35,762 nt of DNA, from the IMG/VR virus record IMGVR_UViG_3300011403_000025, positions 1 to 35,762 of that record, one strand, 5' to 3'. Shown here piece after piece: positions 22,302 through 31,800 of the stretch. Made by a program: the position numbers and the translations under genes. Position 1 is the stretch's first letter. Each line of letters starts with the position of its first letter. The notes below the pieces were generated by a model. That model searched no databases. It was not told the DNA's origin and saw only the letters and a list, made by a program, of their open reading frames with translations. Source of the DNA: a virus (lineage: Duplodnaviria; Caudoviricetes).

Positions 22302-24763
22302 CAGTGACCGTCCCTGGATAGGCGGGTGCGTGCCAGAGCCTCGAACGCCCGTTGGACACCGGCGGCGACGTCAGCGGTCGACGCCGGCCGGTCGATGACG
22401 ATAGCGCCGGGGGCCACGTTCACGGTCACCGACGACGACCCCGGGGTTTCCCCGGACACCCCAACCGAGATCGACGAAATCAGGCGGTCGACCTGCGACG
22501 CTGACAGCGGCACCGCGGTGCCGGCGAAGTCGGGCACGAACATCTCCGGCACACCGGAGTAGACGAACTGGCCGGCGCTGAACCGGCCGCCGCTGTCGAG
22601 CTTCAACGCCCCGCCGCCGCCGATGCTGTCACCGGTGACGTCGACGACGATGTCGATGGGCCACAGGCGGTTGACCAGTTCGGTGAGGCGATCCTGCACA
22701 CTGGTCACCGTGTCGAGCGCCGTCTCGGCGCCCTTCACTTCCAACTCCGGTTCGTACCGCCTATCGACACCCTCAAGCGCGGGTCGAAGCTTCGTGTCGA
22801 CTTCTACGGCGGCGTCGTCAGCGTCCGAACCGATCCCCCTGATGCGTTCCCGCATCGTCTCGAACGTGCCCTGCGTGATGAGCCCCTGGTCGCGCAGGTC
22901 ACGCAACGTGACGAGGAACGCCGGCCCGGCGTCATCCGACACGGCGAGCAAAGCCGACTCGACCGCCAACTCAGCGTCGGCAAGGTCGAACGCCGCCTGC
23001 ACCGCCGCGGGGGAATCCTCCCCGGTTTGACGCACCGCCCGGTTGTACAACCGCAGCGCCTCCCGTGCCTGAGCGTTCGCGTCCCGCACAGCGAAGATAG
23101 GGTCGACCAGAGCCCGGTACGCGTCATGGACACCCCGCAGCGCCTCGGTCTGCAACTCGAGCGCCGATGTGAGCGGCGGCACCGACCCTTGCAGGTAGTC
23201 GACCCCGGACGCGGCGTCGATCGCCGCCGGGCCGACCGCGCTTGCGGCGGTGGCGAGATTATCGGTGGCGGTCGCGGCCTCCCCGGCTGACAGGCCGATC
23301 GCCTCAGCGGTTTCCCCGAACGCGACGGCGTTGTCGCGGGCGCCCCGTGTCTCGTCAACGAACCGGAGCAGCGAGTCGGTGACCTTCGCGGTGCCGGCGT
23401 CGACGGCGAACAGGCCACCGGCGAACAGGTCGAGCCCACCCATCCCCTCCGTCAGCGCGTTGCGGAACGCGAGGGCGTCCTCGGGGGTGCCGGCGAGGGC
23501 TCTCGCCAGGTCGTCGACGGTGAGCCCCATCTCAGCGAGTTGCTCAGCGGCGCGCCGGTTCGCTTCGAGGAACGCGGTGGCGGTGGTGTCCGCCGCCGAC
23601 TGGATCGAACCCTCAGCGGCGGCGAGCGCCGCCTCCCAATCCCGGGTCGCTTCCTCGTTGTCGCGGGTCGCGACGAGTAGGACACCGAGCCCGGCGATCG
23701 CCCCGGCGATAGCGAGCCCCCACGGGCCGGTGAGGAACGTCGCGACCCCTGACAGGGAGATCCCGAGTGTCCCGAGCGCCCGTGCGATCGACGCGATCCC
23801 GACCACCGACGCGGCGCCGACCCCGCCGAGCCCCCCGAGCAGCACCAACGTGGTTTGGATGGGGGCGGGGAGGTCGAGGAACACCCCGAGCAGCGCCGAC
23901 CCCGCTGATGTGAGCGCCTCCCACGCCGGCATCAGCGACTGGCCGGCGACAGCGGCGGCGTTCTCCTGCTCACCGGCGAGGATGCGTTGCGAGTTGGCCA
24001 ACCCGTCTGATGTGGCGGCGAAGTCACCGGCGACCTGCTCGGTTTGCGCCATGATGAGTGACAACGCCGCGGTTGCTTTCGCGGTGGGGTCCATTGTTTC
24101 ACCCGCTGAGACGAGCCCGAGCGCCAACGCCTCCGCTTGTATCGCCGCTTCGCTCATGTTCACACCGAACGCCCGCAGCGGCTCCGTCTCACCGCGCAAC
24201 CCTGATCCGATGGCGCCGAGCGCTTGGGACACGTCGACGTTGAACACCGACGCCATGTCGGCGGCCCTGGTCGCCAGGTCGAGGGTGGCGTCGGCGGCTG
24301 TCTCCGCGTCGAGCCCGAAGTTCGCGAGCAGCGCCCCGATCGGCACGACCGCCTCGTTGAACGCCCGCTGACTGAGCCCCACCGACTCGGCGGCGTTCTC
24401 ACCGAAAGCGATCACCGTCTGGGACGCTTCACCGAACACCACATTTACGGCGTTCAACGATTCCTCAAGCGCCGACGCGGCGTCGACAGCGGCGGTGCCC
24501 ATTCCGACGAGTGAACGCACGGCGATCGCGGCCCCCGACGCGATCGCCGTGGACCCGATCAGGTCCCGTGCGCTGAACGACCGGGAGATCGTGTCCGCTG
24601 ACCGGGCCCCGGTTGTGCCCAGGTCGTCGAGGGCGTCGTCAACCTGCCCGATCTGGGCGGTGGCACCCTTCGTCGCTGATTGGAGGTCACGTTCGAGGGT
24701 GGGCCCGAACTTCGATACGTCGGGGAGGATTTCAACGAGCGCGGTCCCGATCGTTGTTGCCAT
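22301..24763 (-). CDS. Tape measure protein (820 aa)
   Basis: MATTIGTALVEILPD start, Ala-rich helical, central hydrophobic segments, follows the chaperone. Confidence 0.93.
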   Translation of the reverse strand: MATTIGTALVEILPDVSKFGPTLERDLQSATKGATAQIGQVDDALDDLGTTGARSADTISRSFSARDLIGSTAIASGAAIAVRSLVGMGTAAVDAASALEESLNAVNVVFGEASQTVIAFGENAAESVGLSQRAFNEAVVPIGALLANFGLDAETAADATLDLATRAADMASVFNVDVSQALGAIGSGLRGETEPLRAFGVNMSEAAIQAEALALGLVSAGETMDPTAKATAALSLIMAQTEQVAGDFAATSDGLANSQRILAGEQENAAAVAGQSLMPAWEALTSAGSALLGVFLDLPAPIQTTLVLLGGLGGVGAASVVGIASIARALGTLGISLSGVATFLTGPWGLAIAGAIAGLGVLLVATRDNEEATRDWEAALAAAEGSIQSAADTTATAFLEANRRAAEQLAEMGLTVDDLARALAGTPEDALAFRNALTEGMGGLDLFAGGLFAVDAGTAKVTDSLLRFVDETRGARDNAVAFGETAEAIGLSAGEAATATDNLATAASAVGPAAIDAASGVDYLQGSVPPLTSALELQTEALRGVHDAYRALVDPIFAVRDANAQAREALRLYNRAVRQTGEDSPAAVQAAFDLADAELAVESALLAVSDDAGPAFLVTLRDLRDQGLITQGTFETMRERIRGIGSDADDAAVEVDTKLRPALEGVDRRYEPELEVKGAETALDTVTSVQDRLTELVNRLWPIDIVVDVTGDSIGGGGALKLDSGGRFSAGQFVYSGVPEMFVPDFAGTAVPLSASQVDRLISSISVGVSGETPGSSSVTVNVAPGAIVIDRPASTADVAAGVQRAFEALARTRLSRDGH

Positions 24764-25340
24764 CAGCGGCGCCGGCCTTTCAACCGTTCCAGGTCAGCGG
24801 CGGTCACTTGCTGCCCCCACGTCTGGCGTCGCACCTGCTCCGGTGCCGCCGCGTCGAGTTGTTCCTCGATGGCGCGCCGCACGTTCTCCCGGGACGTGAA
24901 CGCGTTGCACAGTTCGGACACCCACGCGTCGAGCAGGCGCCCGTAGACAGCGTCGAGTGTCAGGGTGTCGAGGTCGTCGATACCGGCTCGCCAACACCAG
25001 TAGCCCCATCGTTCGCGACTGGCGGCGATGATCCCTGCGCCTCTGTGAAAGGGACGACGCGAAGCGCCTTCGCCGCGTCGCCGATCAGCGTCAGAATTGC
25101 CAGGGAGTCGAGCCGGTCGAACAGGGTCGCCAACTCGCCGTTGTGACCTGGGGCCATGTGGGCGAGGACACTGGTGAGGAACTCGCGGGCTTCGTCGGGG
25201 GACTGGTCGGAGCGGTTCGTGAGCGCCAGTTCCATGTTCGCCGACAGCGCCCGGGTGAACGTGATCGTTTGGTCGCCGATCTCGGCGACGTACGGGGTGC
25301 GACCCTCGTCGATCGTGGTGTATCTCTTGCCGTCAGCCAT
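24763..25340 (-). CDS. Tail assembly chaperone, long (-1 frameshift) form
   Basis: Slippery C CCT TTC at 25047-25053. The -1 frame (HRGAGII...LKGRRR) ends in TGATG at the tape measure start. Confidence 0.8.
24960..25340 (-). CDS. Tail assembly chaperone, short form
   Basis: MADGKRY start after a purine-rich RBS; position upstream of the tape measure. Confidence 0.8.
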   Translation of the reverse strand: MADGKRYTTIDEGRTPYVAEIGDQTITFTRALSANMELALTNRSDQSPDEAREFLTSVLAHMAPGHNGELATLFDRLDSLAILTLIGDAAKALRVVPFTEAQGSSPPVANDGATGVGEPVSTTSTP

Positions 25341-25351
25341 GCCTCTCTCCC

Positions 25352-25810
25352 TTATCTCGTCCACTCGATGTTGATTCCCCAACCTACTAGCCCACCCTCG
25401 GGCCCGAGCGCTTCTGCGCCGGTTATCTGCCCTGAGCAGTCGACAGAGCGGAGCGCGTCAGCGGTCGCTTTCCATAGGGCGTCGAGTTCCCACACCGACT
25501 CCGACCCGGACTGGGCCATAGCGTCGATCGTTGGCGGGTTGCCCTTCGAGTCGGACACCGGGACGCACCACACGCGCTGCACCTGCGCCCGCACCGTCAC
25601 CGGGCCGCACACGACCTGCCGGCCACCGGGCAGCGACGAGAACCCGCCGCCACCCGGGGTGCCCGTGTTCATCCCCATAATGGACACGGTGAGCTGGTCG
25701 CAGTGGTCCCACGCGACCTGCCCAACATGCACCCACGCGAACCCGCCGCAGTCCGACTCGGATGCGATCTTGCCGAGCAGTTCGGTCGCGGTGTCGTAGA
25801 TCGTTCTCAC
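25352..25810 (-). CDS. Tail terminator-like protein
   Basis: GQVAWDHC...RVWCVP...LGPEGGLVG, typical of actinophage tail terminators. Confidence 0.7.
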   Translation of the reverse strand: MRTIYDTATELLGKIASESDCGGFAWVHVGQVAWDHCDQLTVSIMGMNTGTPGGGGFSSLPGGRQVVCGPVTVRAQVQRVWCVPVSDSKGNPPTIDAMAQSGSESVWELDALWKATADALRSVDCSGQITGAEALGPEGGLVGWGINIEWTR

Positions 25811-26505
25811 GTCGGGGCGACCAGGTCAGGGGACCGCACCGACGCGGGCCGTTTCAGGGCCTCAGGGTTCACCGCGGTGAGCCACTGGTCTAGCAGCGTG
25901 ACACCGGTGCGGCCGTTGTCGAGCCAGTCCTGCGACGACTCGATCACGAACGACACACCCTGGCGGGCGACCGACGTCAACCGCTCCGGCAGCGCGCAGT
26001 CTTTCCCCTGGCACCCTTTGAGCAGCTCGCACGCGTATGCGGATATCGCCATCGCACCGAACGCGTCTACCGGGATGCCCCAGTCGTAGTCGACGACCAG
26101 GACGTCGTCGTCGGCCACGTCCGAGCCGAGGAACTGGCACGCCGGCCAGCGCTCCGGTGGCTGCCTGACGAGCCGGTTCGTTCCGAGCAGCGTGAAATCC
26201 TCCACCGGGACACCGCCGATGCGGACCTCGTCGACGGCGACTACGGGGCCGTGGGCGAGCCACACAACGGACGGGGCCGGGCAGCCGCACCCGCACGGCG
26301 CCACCGGGCAGCATGCGTCGTTGACCCGACCGGGGCGCTCAGCGGTGACGGTGCAGATCCCGTAGCGGCGACCGGACAGCGCCCACGCGATGAACGACGC
26401 AGCGTCGATCGCTGTGTCGACGTGCGCCGGTTCGGCACCCACCGCCGCCTCGCAGCACGCCTCGAGTTCGGCGACGGTGATGAGCGGTTCGCAGGGTCCG
26501 GTCAT
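25807..26505 (-). CDS. Head-to-tail adaptor
   Basis: WALSGRRYG.C...WPACQ...ACEL...CALP...RQGVS...GRTGV..D.WL..VNP. Confidence 0.8.
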   Translation of the reverse strand: MTGPCEPLITVAELEACCEAAVGAEPAHVDTAIDAASFIAWALSGRRYGICTVTAERPGRVNDACCPVAPCGCGCPAPSVVWLAHGPVVAVDEVRIGGVPVEDFTLLGTNRLVRQPPERWPACQFLGSDVADDDVLVVDYDWGIPVDAFGAMAISAYACELLKGCQGKDCALPERLTSVARQGVSFVIESSQDWLDNGRTGVTLLDQWLTAVNPEALKRPASVRSPDLVAPT

Positions 26506-26879
26506 GGCACCAGCGCCAACACTTCGGGGAGGATCGTCAACCGGATCTGCCGCTTCCGCTCCTTCAGATCGGCGTCGCGGGTGGCGGTGATTTCGATGAC
26601 CCACTCGCCGGGGGTGAGCACGTCAAGTTCCCCGAGATCCCATTCGATGACCAGGTTCGGTACGCCGTTGTCCTCGGTGCCTGACCCGGTGCCGCCGGTG
26701 ACCCCGGTTGTCTTGGAGATGACCGCAGGGTTCCAGCGTTGCCCGATCTCGACGAGGAACGTCCACCCTGCGGCGAAGTCGATGAGGTCGCCGCAGTTCG
26801 TCCACCACACCTCGAGTTCGCCAAGGTCGGCGTCGTCGATGTACGACACGCAGGGCGGCCGGTGCAGGGTCGACGTCAC
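26502..26879 (-). CDS. Virion accessory (BppU-like fibre adaptor candidate)
   Basis: LIDFAAGWTF...IEWDLGELDVLTPGEWVIEI; follows the repeat fibre; TAGGAT-6-GTG start. Confidence 0.55.
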   Translation of the reverse strand: MTSTLHRPPCVSYIDDADLGELEVWWTNCGDLIDFAAGWTFLVEIGQRWNPAVISKTTGVTGGTGSGTEDNGVPNLVIEWDLGELDVLTPGEWVIEITATRDADLKERKRQIRLTILPEVLALVP

Positions 26880-26888
26880 GGGTGCATC

Positions 26889-28724
26889 CTATCCCCCCGA
26901 GACGGTGGCGTGGTGGCACTCGTCGACGGTGACCGCTGAGCATTCGTCGATGGTGACGCGGTGGCATTCGTCGACGGCGACCCGCTGCGGCGCCACCGAC
27001 GGGGTCGGCACGTCGGTGCTGATCGTGAAGCAGATAGCGGCGTGACCGGTGGTCGCCGTTTCGAGTGTGAGTGTCCCGGCGCCGGCGCCGATCAACACCA
27101 GGTCATCCGCGGTGTGCCCCGACGTGGCTTCGTCGAACACGATCGTCGCGGCGCCTACCGGGGCGACGTCGAGGTCATCGGCGGTGTGCTCGGAGGCGGC
27201 TTCCTCGAAGCTGATGGTGGCGGCACCGGAGCCGACGAGCACGACGTCGTCGGCGTGGTGGAGGGTGTCTGCGCCGTCGAACCCGATGTCACCGACAGCC
27301 GGCGAGAACAGCACCAGGTCGTTGCCTGAGTGCTCGGTGGCTGCCTCGTCGAACGTGATGGTGGCGCCACCGGACCCCACAACGGTGAGGTCGTCGGCGG
27401 CGTGGGCGGTGGCGGCTTCCTCGAAGGTGATGGGGACCGCACCGGCCCCTGTGAGCGCCACGTCGACGGCGGTGTGAACACTCGACGCCGGGTCGAGGGT
27501 TATCGTCGCCGCCCCGGCACCCTCTAGTGCAACGTCATCGGCGGCGTGGGCGGACGACGCGGCCTCGAAGGTGATAGTCGCGGCCCCGGCACCGGTGAGG
27601 GTGACGTCGTCGGCGGCGTGGCCGCTCTGGGCGGTGTCGAACACGATCGACGCCGGGCCCGACAGCATGACGTCGGCTGCGTCGTGCTGAGACGTGGCGC
27701 CTTCGAACACGATCGGTGCGGCGCTCCCCGGGGCCAGGGTCACATCCGCGGCAGCGTGCCCGGATGACGCACCCTCGAACGTGAGGGTCGCTGCCCCGTC
27801 ACCGGCCAGGGTGATGTCAGCGGCGGCGTGCTGCGACGACGCCGCCTCGAACACGATCGGCGCCGACCCGGGGTCGACGATGAGATCAGCGCCCGCGTGC
27901 CCGGATGACGCCGCCTCGAAGCTGATCGTCGCGGCGCCGTCACCGATCAGCACCGTGTCAGTGGCCGCGTGACCTGAGCTGGCAGCCTCGAGCGCGATGG
28001 TGGCGGCGCCGTCACCGACGACGACCAGGTCGGTGCCGGCGTGCCCACTCGACGCCGCCTCGAACGTGAGCGTCAGCGACGTCGCCGCCGCTTTGATCTC
28101 ACCAGCCCACGCGACCCAATCCTCGTTCCCGGTCCACGACGACGTGACCGTCAGGTCTTGCCCGAGCCGCCACTGAGCCTGCATCCGGGATATCGGGGAG
28201 TTGTGGCCCATATCGGCGAGTTCGGTCCACGTCGCGGTGGGGTCCGGTGTGATCGCCGAGTTGACGTGGATGATCGAGAACCCGACCTCGGCGTTGTTCG
28301 TCGCGTCGCCGAGAGCGGCCAGGGTCACCGACGAGGAAGTCTGCCCGGTGTTGTGGGCGAACACCGACTGGATGAGGAAGTCGGTCAGATCCATTCCGGT
28401 GATCTGCAGGACGTAGAAGATGATGCCCGTGTAGCCGCCGGACGGGGCGGTGACGTTGAAGTTCGACGCTGACGGTGACGCACCCGCGTAGGCCGAGTAG
28501 ACGACGAGCCGGGCGCCGGTGCCCTGAATGTCTGAACCCTCGAGGGTCCATGTGGCGCCGTACCCGGTGACGGACGCCGGGACGACACCGCCGCCGGCCT
28601 TCCCGGTGCGAACCGCGAGCAGCAGCCCCGAGTTAGCGGCCGGTTGGGTCGATTCGACGTCCGAGTATGAAAGCTGGTTCGCGGTGTCGGCGTGCGCGGC
28701 GAGGAGCGTGACGACTATCGCCAT
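26889..28724 (-). CDS. Repetitive fibre-like virion protein (N-terminal beta domain + about 15 x 24-aa His repeats)
   Basis: Unit IxFExASSxHAAxDxxLxGxGAAT; C-terminal VxxDEC x3. Confidence 0.75.
   Translation of the reverse strand: MAIVVTLLAAHADTANQLSYSDVESTQPAANSGLLLAVRTGKAGGGVVPASVTGYGATWTLEGSDIQGTGARLVVYSAYAGASPSASNFNVTAPSGGYTGIIFYVLQITGMDLTDFLIQSVFAHNTGQTSSSVTLAALGDATNNAEVGFSIIHVNSAITPDPTATWTELADMGHNSPISRMQAQWRLGQDLTVTSSWTGNEDWVAWAGEIKAAATSLTLTFEAASSGHAGTDLVVVGDGAATIALEAASSGHAATDTVLIGDGAATISFEAASSGHAGADLIVDPGSAPIVFEAASSQHAAADITLAGDGAATLTFEGASSGHAAADVTLAPGSAAPIVFEGATSQHDAADVMLSGPASIVFDTAQSGHAADDVTLTGAGAATITFEAASSAHAADDVALEGAGAATITLDPASSVHTAVDVALTGAGAVPITFEEAATAHAADDLTVVGSGGATITFDEAATEHSGNDLVLFSPAVGDIGFDGADTLHHADDVVLVGSGAATISFEEAASEHTADDLDVAPVGAATIVFDEATSGHTADDLVLIGAGAGTLTLETATTGHAAICFTISTDVPTPSVAPQRVAVDECHRVTIDECSAVTVDECHHATVSGG
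27042..28070 (-). repeat. Tandem coding repeat of about 72 nt (24 aa), about 15 copies
   Basis: Invariant His and near-invariant F/L-D/E in every unit. Confidence 0.9.
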
Positions 28725-28726
28725 CG

Positions 28727-29032
28727 TCAGCCCCCCGGGATCGGAACAGCCTCCGGGTCACACACCGGTGTCGCGGTGATCGACGTGTCGGTGCCCTTCA
28801 CGCCGGCGCGCAACGAATCCGGTTCCAGGTAGATCTTCACCGGGCGGGCGAAGCTGTCGTCGTTGGTGAAGGTCAGCGCTTCGTCACCGTCCGGGCAGGC
28901 GGGCACCGTGATCCTGCGGCCCTCGGAGCCGTGGCGGGTTCCGTGCCACCCGTACCACACGACCCCGGGGGTCACTGCCACAACGAGCGACCCGTTGGCC
29001 GGGACGTCGACGACCGGTTGCACCTTCCCCAT
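28727..29032 (-). CDS. Hypothetical protein in the structural module
   Basis: Fills the gap exactly between its neighbours. Confidence 0.6.
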   Translation of the reverse strand: MGKVQPVVDVPANGSLVVAVTPGVVWYGWHGTRHGSEGRRITVPACPDGDEALTFTNDDSFARPVKIYLEPDSLRAGVKGTDTSITATPVCDPEAVPIPGG

Positions 29033-29033
29033 A

Positions 29034-29516
29034 TCAGACCGGCGACGCGGTGAACAGGGCGGTGGGAAAGTCGTAGTTGACGTCGGAGCCGTTCGGCACG
29101 AAGTCGGAGGTGAGTTCGCACAGGTACGTCATCACGATGCCCGAGTCGGTGCCGCCCGTGGTGTCCGAGTCGTACCCGATGCCGACCACCGACCAGTTGT
29201 TACCCGCCGCGACGGCGGTGAGCGCCGGGGTGATGTCGGTGATCGTCGCCACCATGTTCGACCCCGACACGGTCGGGTCGCCGAGCCCGGCGTCCGTCAC
29301 GACCACCCGGGCGTAGTTCGCGTTCGTGGGTTCGTCGTTGCCTGTGCCGGCGAGCAACGTCGCCAAGTCGGCGTAGGTGCGGAGCGTCGCCAACGACTCA
29401 TGCCCGGCAGCGAGTGCGAAGATCACGAACGCGCTGTTCGCCGGGTCGTTCGCGTTGATCCTGCGCTGCTGTTCCATCTCCGAGCCGAGCGAGATGCGGG
29501 AGATTCCGGCGGTCAT
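29034..29516 (-). CDS. Virion structural protein (fibre-associated family)
   Basis: EPTNANYAR...YDSDTTGGTD...PNGSDV, a motif I associate with genes preceding repeat fibres. Confidence 0.65.
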   Translation of the reverse strand: MTAGISRISLGSEMEQQRRINANDPANSAFVIFALAAGHESLATLRTYADLATLLAGTGNDEPTNANYARVVVTDAGLGDPTVSGSNMVATITDITPALTAVAAGNNWSVVGIGYDSDTTGGTDSGIVMTYLCELTSDFVPNGSDVNYDFPTALFTASPV

Positions 29517-29680
29517 GCCGACGCCCCTTTCTCGATCGCCTTCTGACGGGCGACCGCGCGTTCCTTGTCGGCGTCGGCGAACGACCTCGGCGGCGTCTCA
29601 TCAGTCACCCATCGACCGTTCTCGAGCTGCCGCGGGTAGGGCGCCTCAGCGACCGCCTCGGCCTCGGCCTTCTTGCTCAT
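29513..29680 (-). CDS. Small hypothetical protein
   Basis: MSKKAEAE...; ATGA coupling at both ends. Confidence 0.6.
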   Translation of the reverse strand: MSKKAEAEAVAEAPYPRQLENGRWVTDETPPRSFADADKERAVARQKAIEKGASA

Positions 29681-30360
29681 CGTCTGCGATCCCTTCTGTC
29701 GATGATCGGGCCCGACCAGTCGAGATCGAGCGCTGAACTGTCCCGGCCGCAGAAACGGTGCGCGACCCTGCCGCGGGTGTGCCCCACCAGCGACGGGACC
29801 GAGTCGTCGTGATCCACCAGGCCGGGCCACGTGTACCAGCAGCGCCGCCCCGCCACGTTCCTGAAATACCGGGCGAGGCGGGCGTCGTACGGCATCCCCC
29901 GCAACCGCTCACACCACGCCACCAACGGCTTCGCGTGCGCCGTGGGTGCCACGATGGCGACACCCCAACGCAACGTGCGGCCGATCACCCACGACGCCCC
30001 GACCCGGGCAGCCTCCACCGCCTCAGCGTCGATGAGCCGCGACGGGCCGTGATGATTCCCGTAGTAGATCGACACCGGGTGACCGGCCACCGCCGGGGTC
30101 GCGTCGAGCGCCGCCTCGAGCCCGGCGACCAGGTCCCGGCACACAACCGCGTCGTCCTGCAACACCAGGTGATGGGTCGCGCCCGGGTCCGCCGCTGACC
30201 ATGCTGCAGCGGCGGTGCGCCACCTGGCCTCGGGTGCTGTCGACGGTGCCGTGTTGGCCGCCCACGCCACATGCGCGGGGCGGTCGAGACGAGCGACGAG
30301 CGCCTCTACGAGCGGGGCGCGTACACGGTGCGCCATCACTGCGACAGAGACGCTCGTCAT
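29677..30360 (-). CDS. Glycosyltransferase (GT-A fold)
   Basis: VAVMAH.VR, HHLVLQDDA (DxD-like), YDARL, PGLVDH. Confidence 0.85.
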   Translation of the reverse strand: MTSVSVAVMAHRVRAPLVEALVARLDRPAHVAWAANTAPSTAPEARWRTAAAAWSAADPGATHHLVLQDDAVVCRDLVAGLEAALDATPAVAGHPVSIYYGNHHGPSRLIDAEAVEAARVGASWVIGRTLRWGVAIVAPTAHAKPLVAWCERLRGMPYDARLARYFRNVAGRRCWYTWPGLVDHDDSVPSLVGHTRGRVAHRFCGRDSSALDLDWSGPIIDRRDRRR

Positions 30361-30362
30361 GC

Positions 30363-31013
30363 TCAGGTAGCGGTGATCGGGACAGCACCGCAAGCGGCGA
30401 CCGGGAGGGTCTGAGTCTCGAGCGCCCAGTCATACAACGTCACCGGGTCGTCGGACAGGAGATCCCAGTCCCCAGCGGGCCCGTCGTCCCAATCCCCGGC
30501 GTCGACAGCGACCCCGGTGTAGACGATCGCGAGCGGGTTGTTGCCGTGCGACACGTTCGACCGGAGCCAGCCACGGGTGCGGGGCAGCACGTACCGCACC
30601 TGACCGGCGATCGACTCGTCGAGGAACTGGTTGACCCAATACTCGAGGCTCAGGTCGGTGGGTCCACCGATGGTGCCGACACCGGGCGCCCCGTAACCGA
30701 CGTCGTCGGTGCCGAGCTGGTGAACGGTGCCGCCGCCGAGCATCGCCTGCAGGTCAGGGTCTGGGGTGCATAGCGTCAGCGTTACGTTCAACCGGTCGAG
30801 GTTGTCGGGCGCCTTGTAGCCCATGCACTTCCTGCCGCACCCGTCGAGTTGCGACAGCTCCTGCCCGGTTGTGACCTGCGGCGACAGGTCGATCGTGACG
30901 AGCGCGCCTGACACGTACATGTTGAGCCCGGCGTCGGGGTGCCCGGTCGCGTCAAGCTCAGCAGCTCGGAGCAGGCACGCTTGCGCCTGCGGGTAGCAAA
31001 CTTCGACTGCCAT
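30363..31013 (-). CDS. Major tail protein
   Basis: ELSQLDGCGRKC...LTLCTPDPDL...RYVLP; RBS AGGAGG. Confidence 0.75.
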   Translation of the reverse strand: MAVEVCYPQAQACLLRAAELDATGHPDAGLNMYVSGALVTIDLSPQVTTGQELSQLDGCGRKCMGYKAPDNLDRLNVTLTLCTPDPDLQAMLGGGTVHQLGTDDVGYGAPGVGTIGGPTDLSLEYWVNQFLDESIAGQVRYVLPRTRGWLRSNVSHGNNPLAIVYTGVAVDAGDWDDGPAGDWDLLSDDPVTLYDWALETQTLPVAACGAVPITAT

Positions 31014-31022
31014 GTTTCCCTC

Positions 31023-31796
31023 CTACGGGATGGTGACGATCTCTGAGACGACGAGGCACGGGTCGAACGCGACTAGGTGCAGTTCCTCCGCTCTCGCGGT
31101 GACCGTGTTCTGGGTGCGTTCGACGTCGAACAGGGGTTTGCCCATCGACTCGAACCCGTGGTGCACCGCATGGGAGATGATGACGGGACCGGTGATCGTC
31201 CCGGCCCCGATGGTGACGGTGTCGGTGTACCCGGTGGAGATCGACACGGCGTGCCCGGTGGGGGACCGCCAACGACCGTTGTCGCGGGTGATCGCCCCTT
31301 CGGCGATGGCGTAGGTGGCGACCGCGGGTGGCAGGTGCAGGACACCGACTCTCCCGTTCGCCCCGACCGCCCACCGTTGCTCAGCGGCGGCGATCGCCCC
31401 GGTGGCGGAGTCCCAGGTGCCGCCCGGTGTGTCGACACCGAGCAGGTTCGGTGACTCGGTGAACGCACCGCCGCCACCGGACCACAGCACCTGCCCCACT
31501 GTCCATTCCCGCACCGCGGCGAGCCCATCGAGGGACGCCTGCTCGATGCCACCCGCTGAGAGTGCGGAGCATTCGACGGCGAGGACGTCCACGAACGGGG
31601 CGAACGTCGCCTCGTCCCCTGGGCGCACACCCGGTTTCGGTGTCTGCTCGCACCCGTAGATGGGGGCGACCGGGTCGATGCACCCGTTCGACTGGAACTG
31701 GATGCCCCTCTGCCACCCGTCCGGGAGTGCCCTGGCGATCGCCAGGACACCCTCGGTTGGGCGGGGCGGGGCCGGCCAGATGACGGGGGTTGTCAC
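31023..31796 (-). CDS. Second capsid protein (pentamer-type)
   Basis: Follows the main capsid gene; WQRGIQF.S.GC...NTVTARAE...AFDPC, resembling Rosebush-type pentamer proteins. Confidence 0.65.
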   Translation of the reverse strand: MTTPVIWPAPPRPTEGVLAIARALPDGWQRGIQFQSNGCIDPVAPIYGCEQTPKPGVRPGDEATFAPFVDVLAVECSALSAGGIEQASLDGLAAVREWTVGQVLWSGGGGAFTESPNLLGVDTPGGTWDSATGAIAAAEQRWAVGANGRVGVLHLPPAVATYAIAEGAITRDNGRWRSPTGHAVSISTGYTDTVTIGAGTITGPVIISHAVHHGFESMGKPLFDVERTQNTVTARAEELHLVAFDPCLVVSEIVTIP

Positions 31797-31800
31797 GTTC

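Noticed and set aside
20161-24371. Long plus-strand ORFs (e.g. 20161-21234 and 23250-24371; also 397-1299, 9289-10347, 33705-34715)
   Set aside because: They are antisense shadows of real minus-strand genes in high-GC DNA, with low-complexity S/A/R/P translations and no motifs.
24794-25009. 71-aa ORF as the second chaperone gene
   Set aside because: It is in the wrong frame; the -1 frame from the slippery site is the one coupled to the tape measure.
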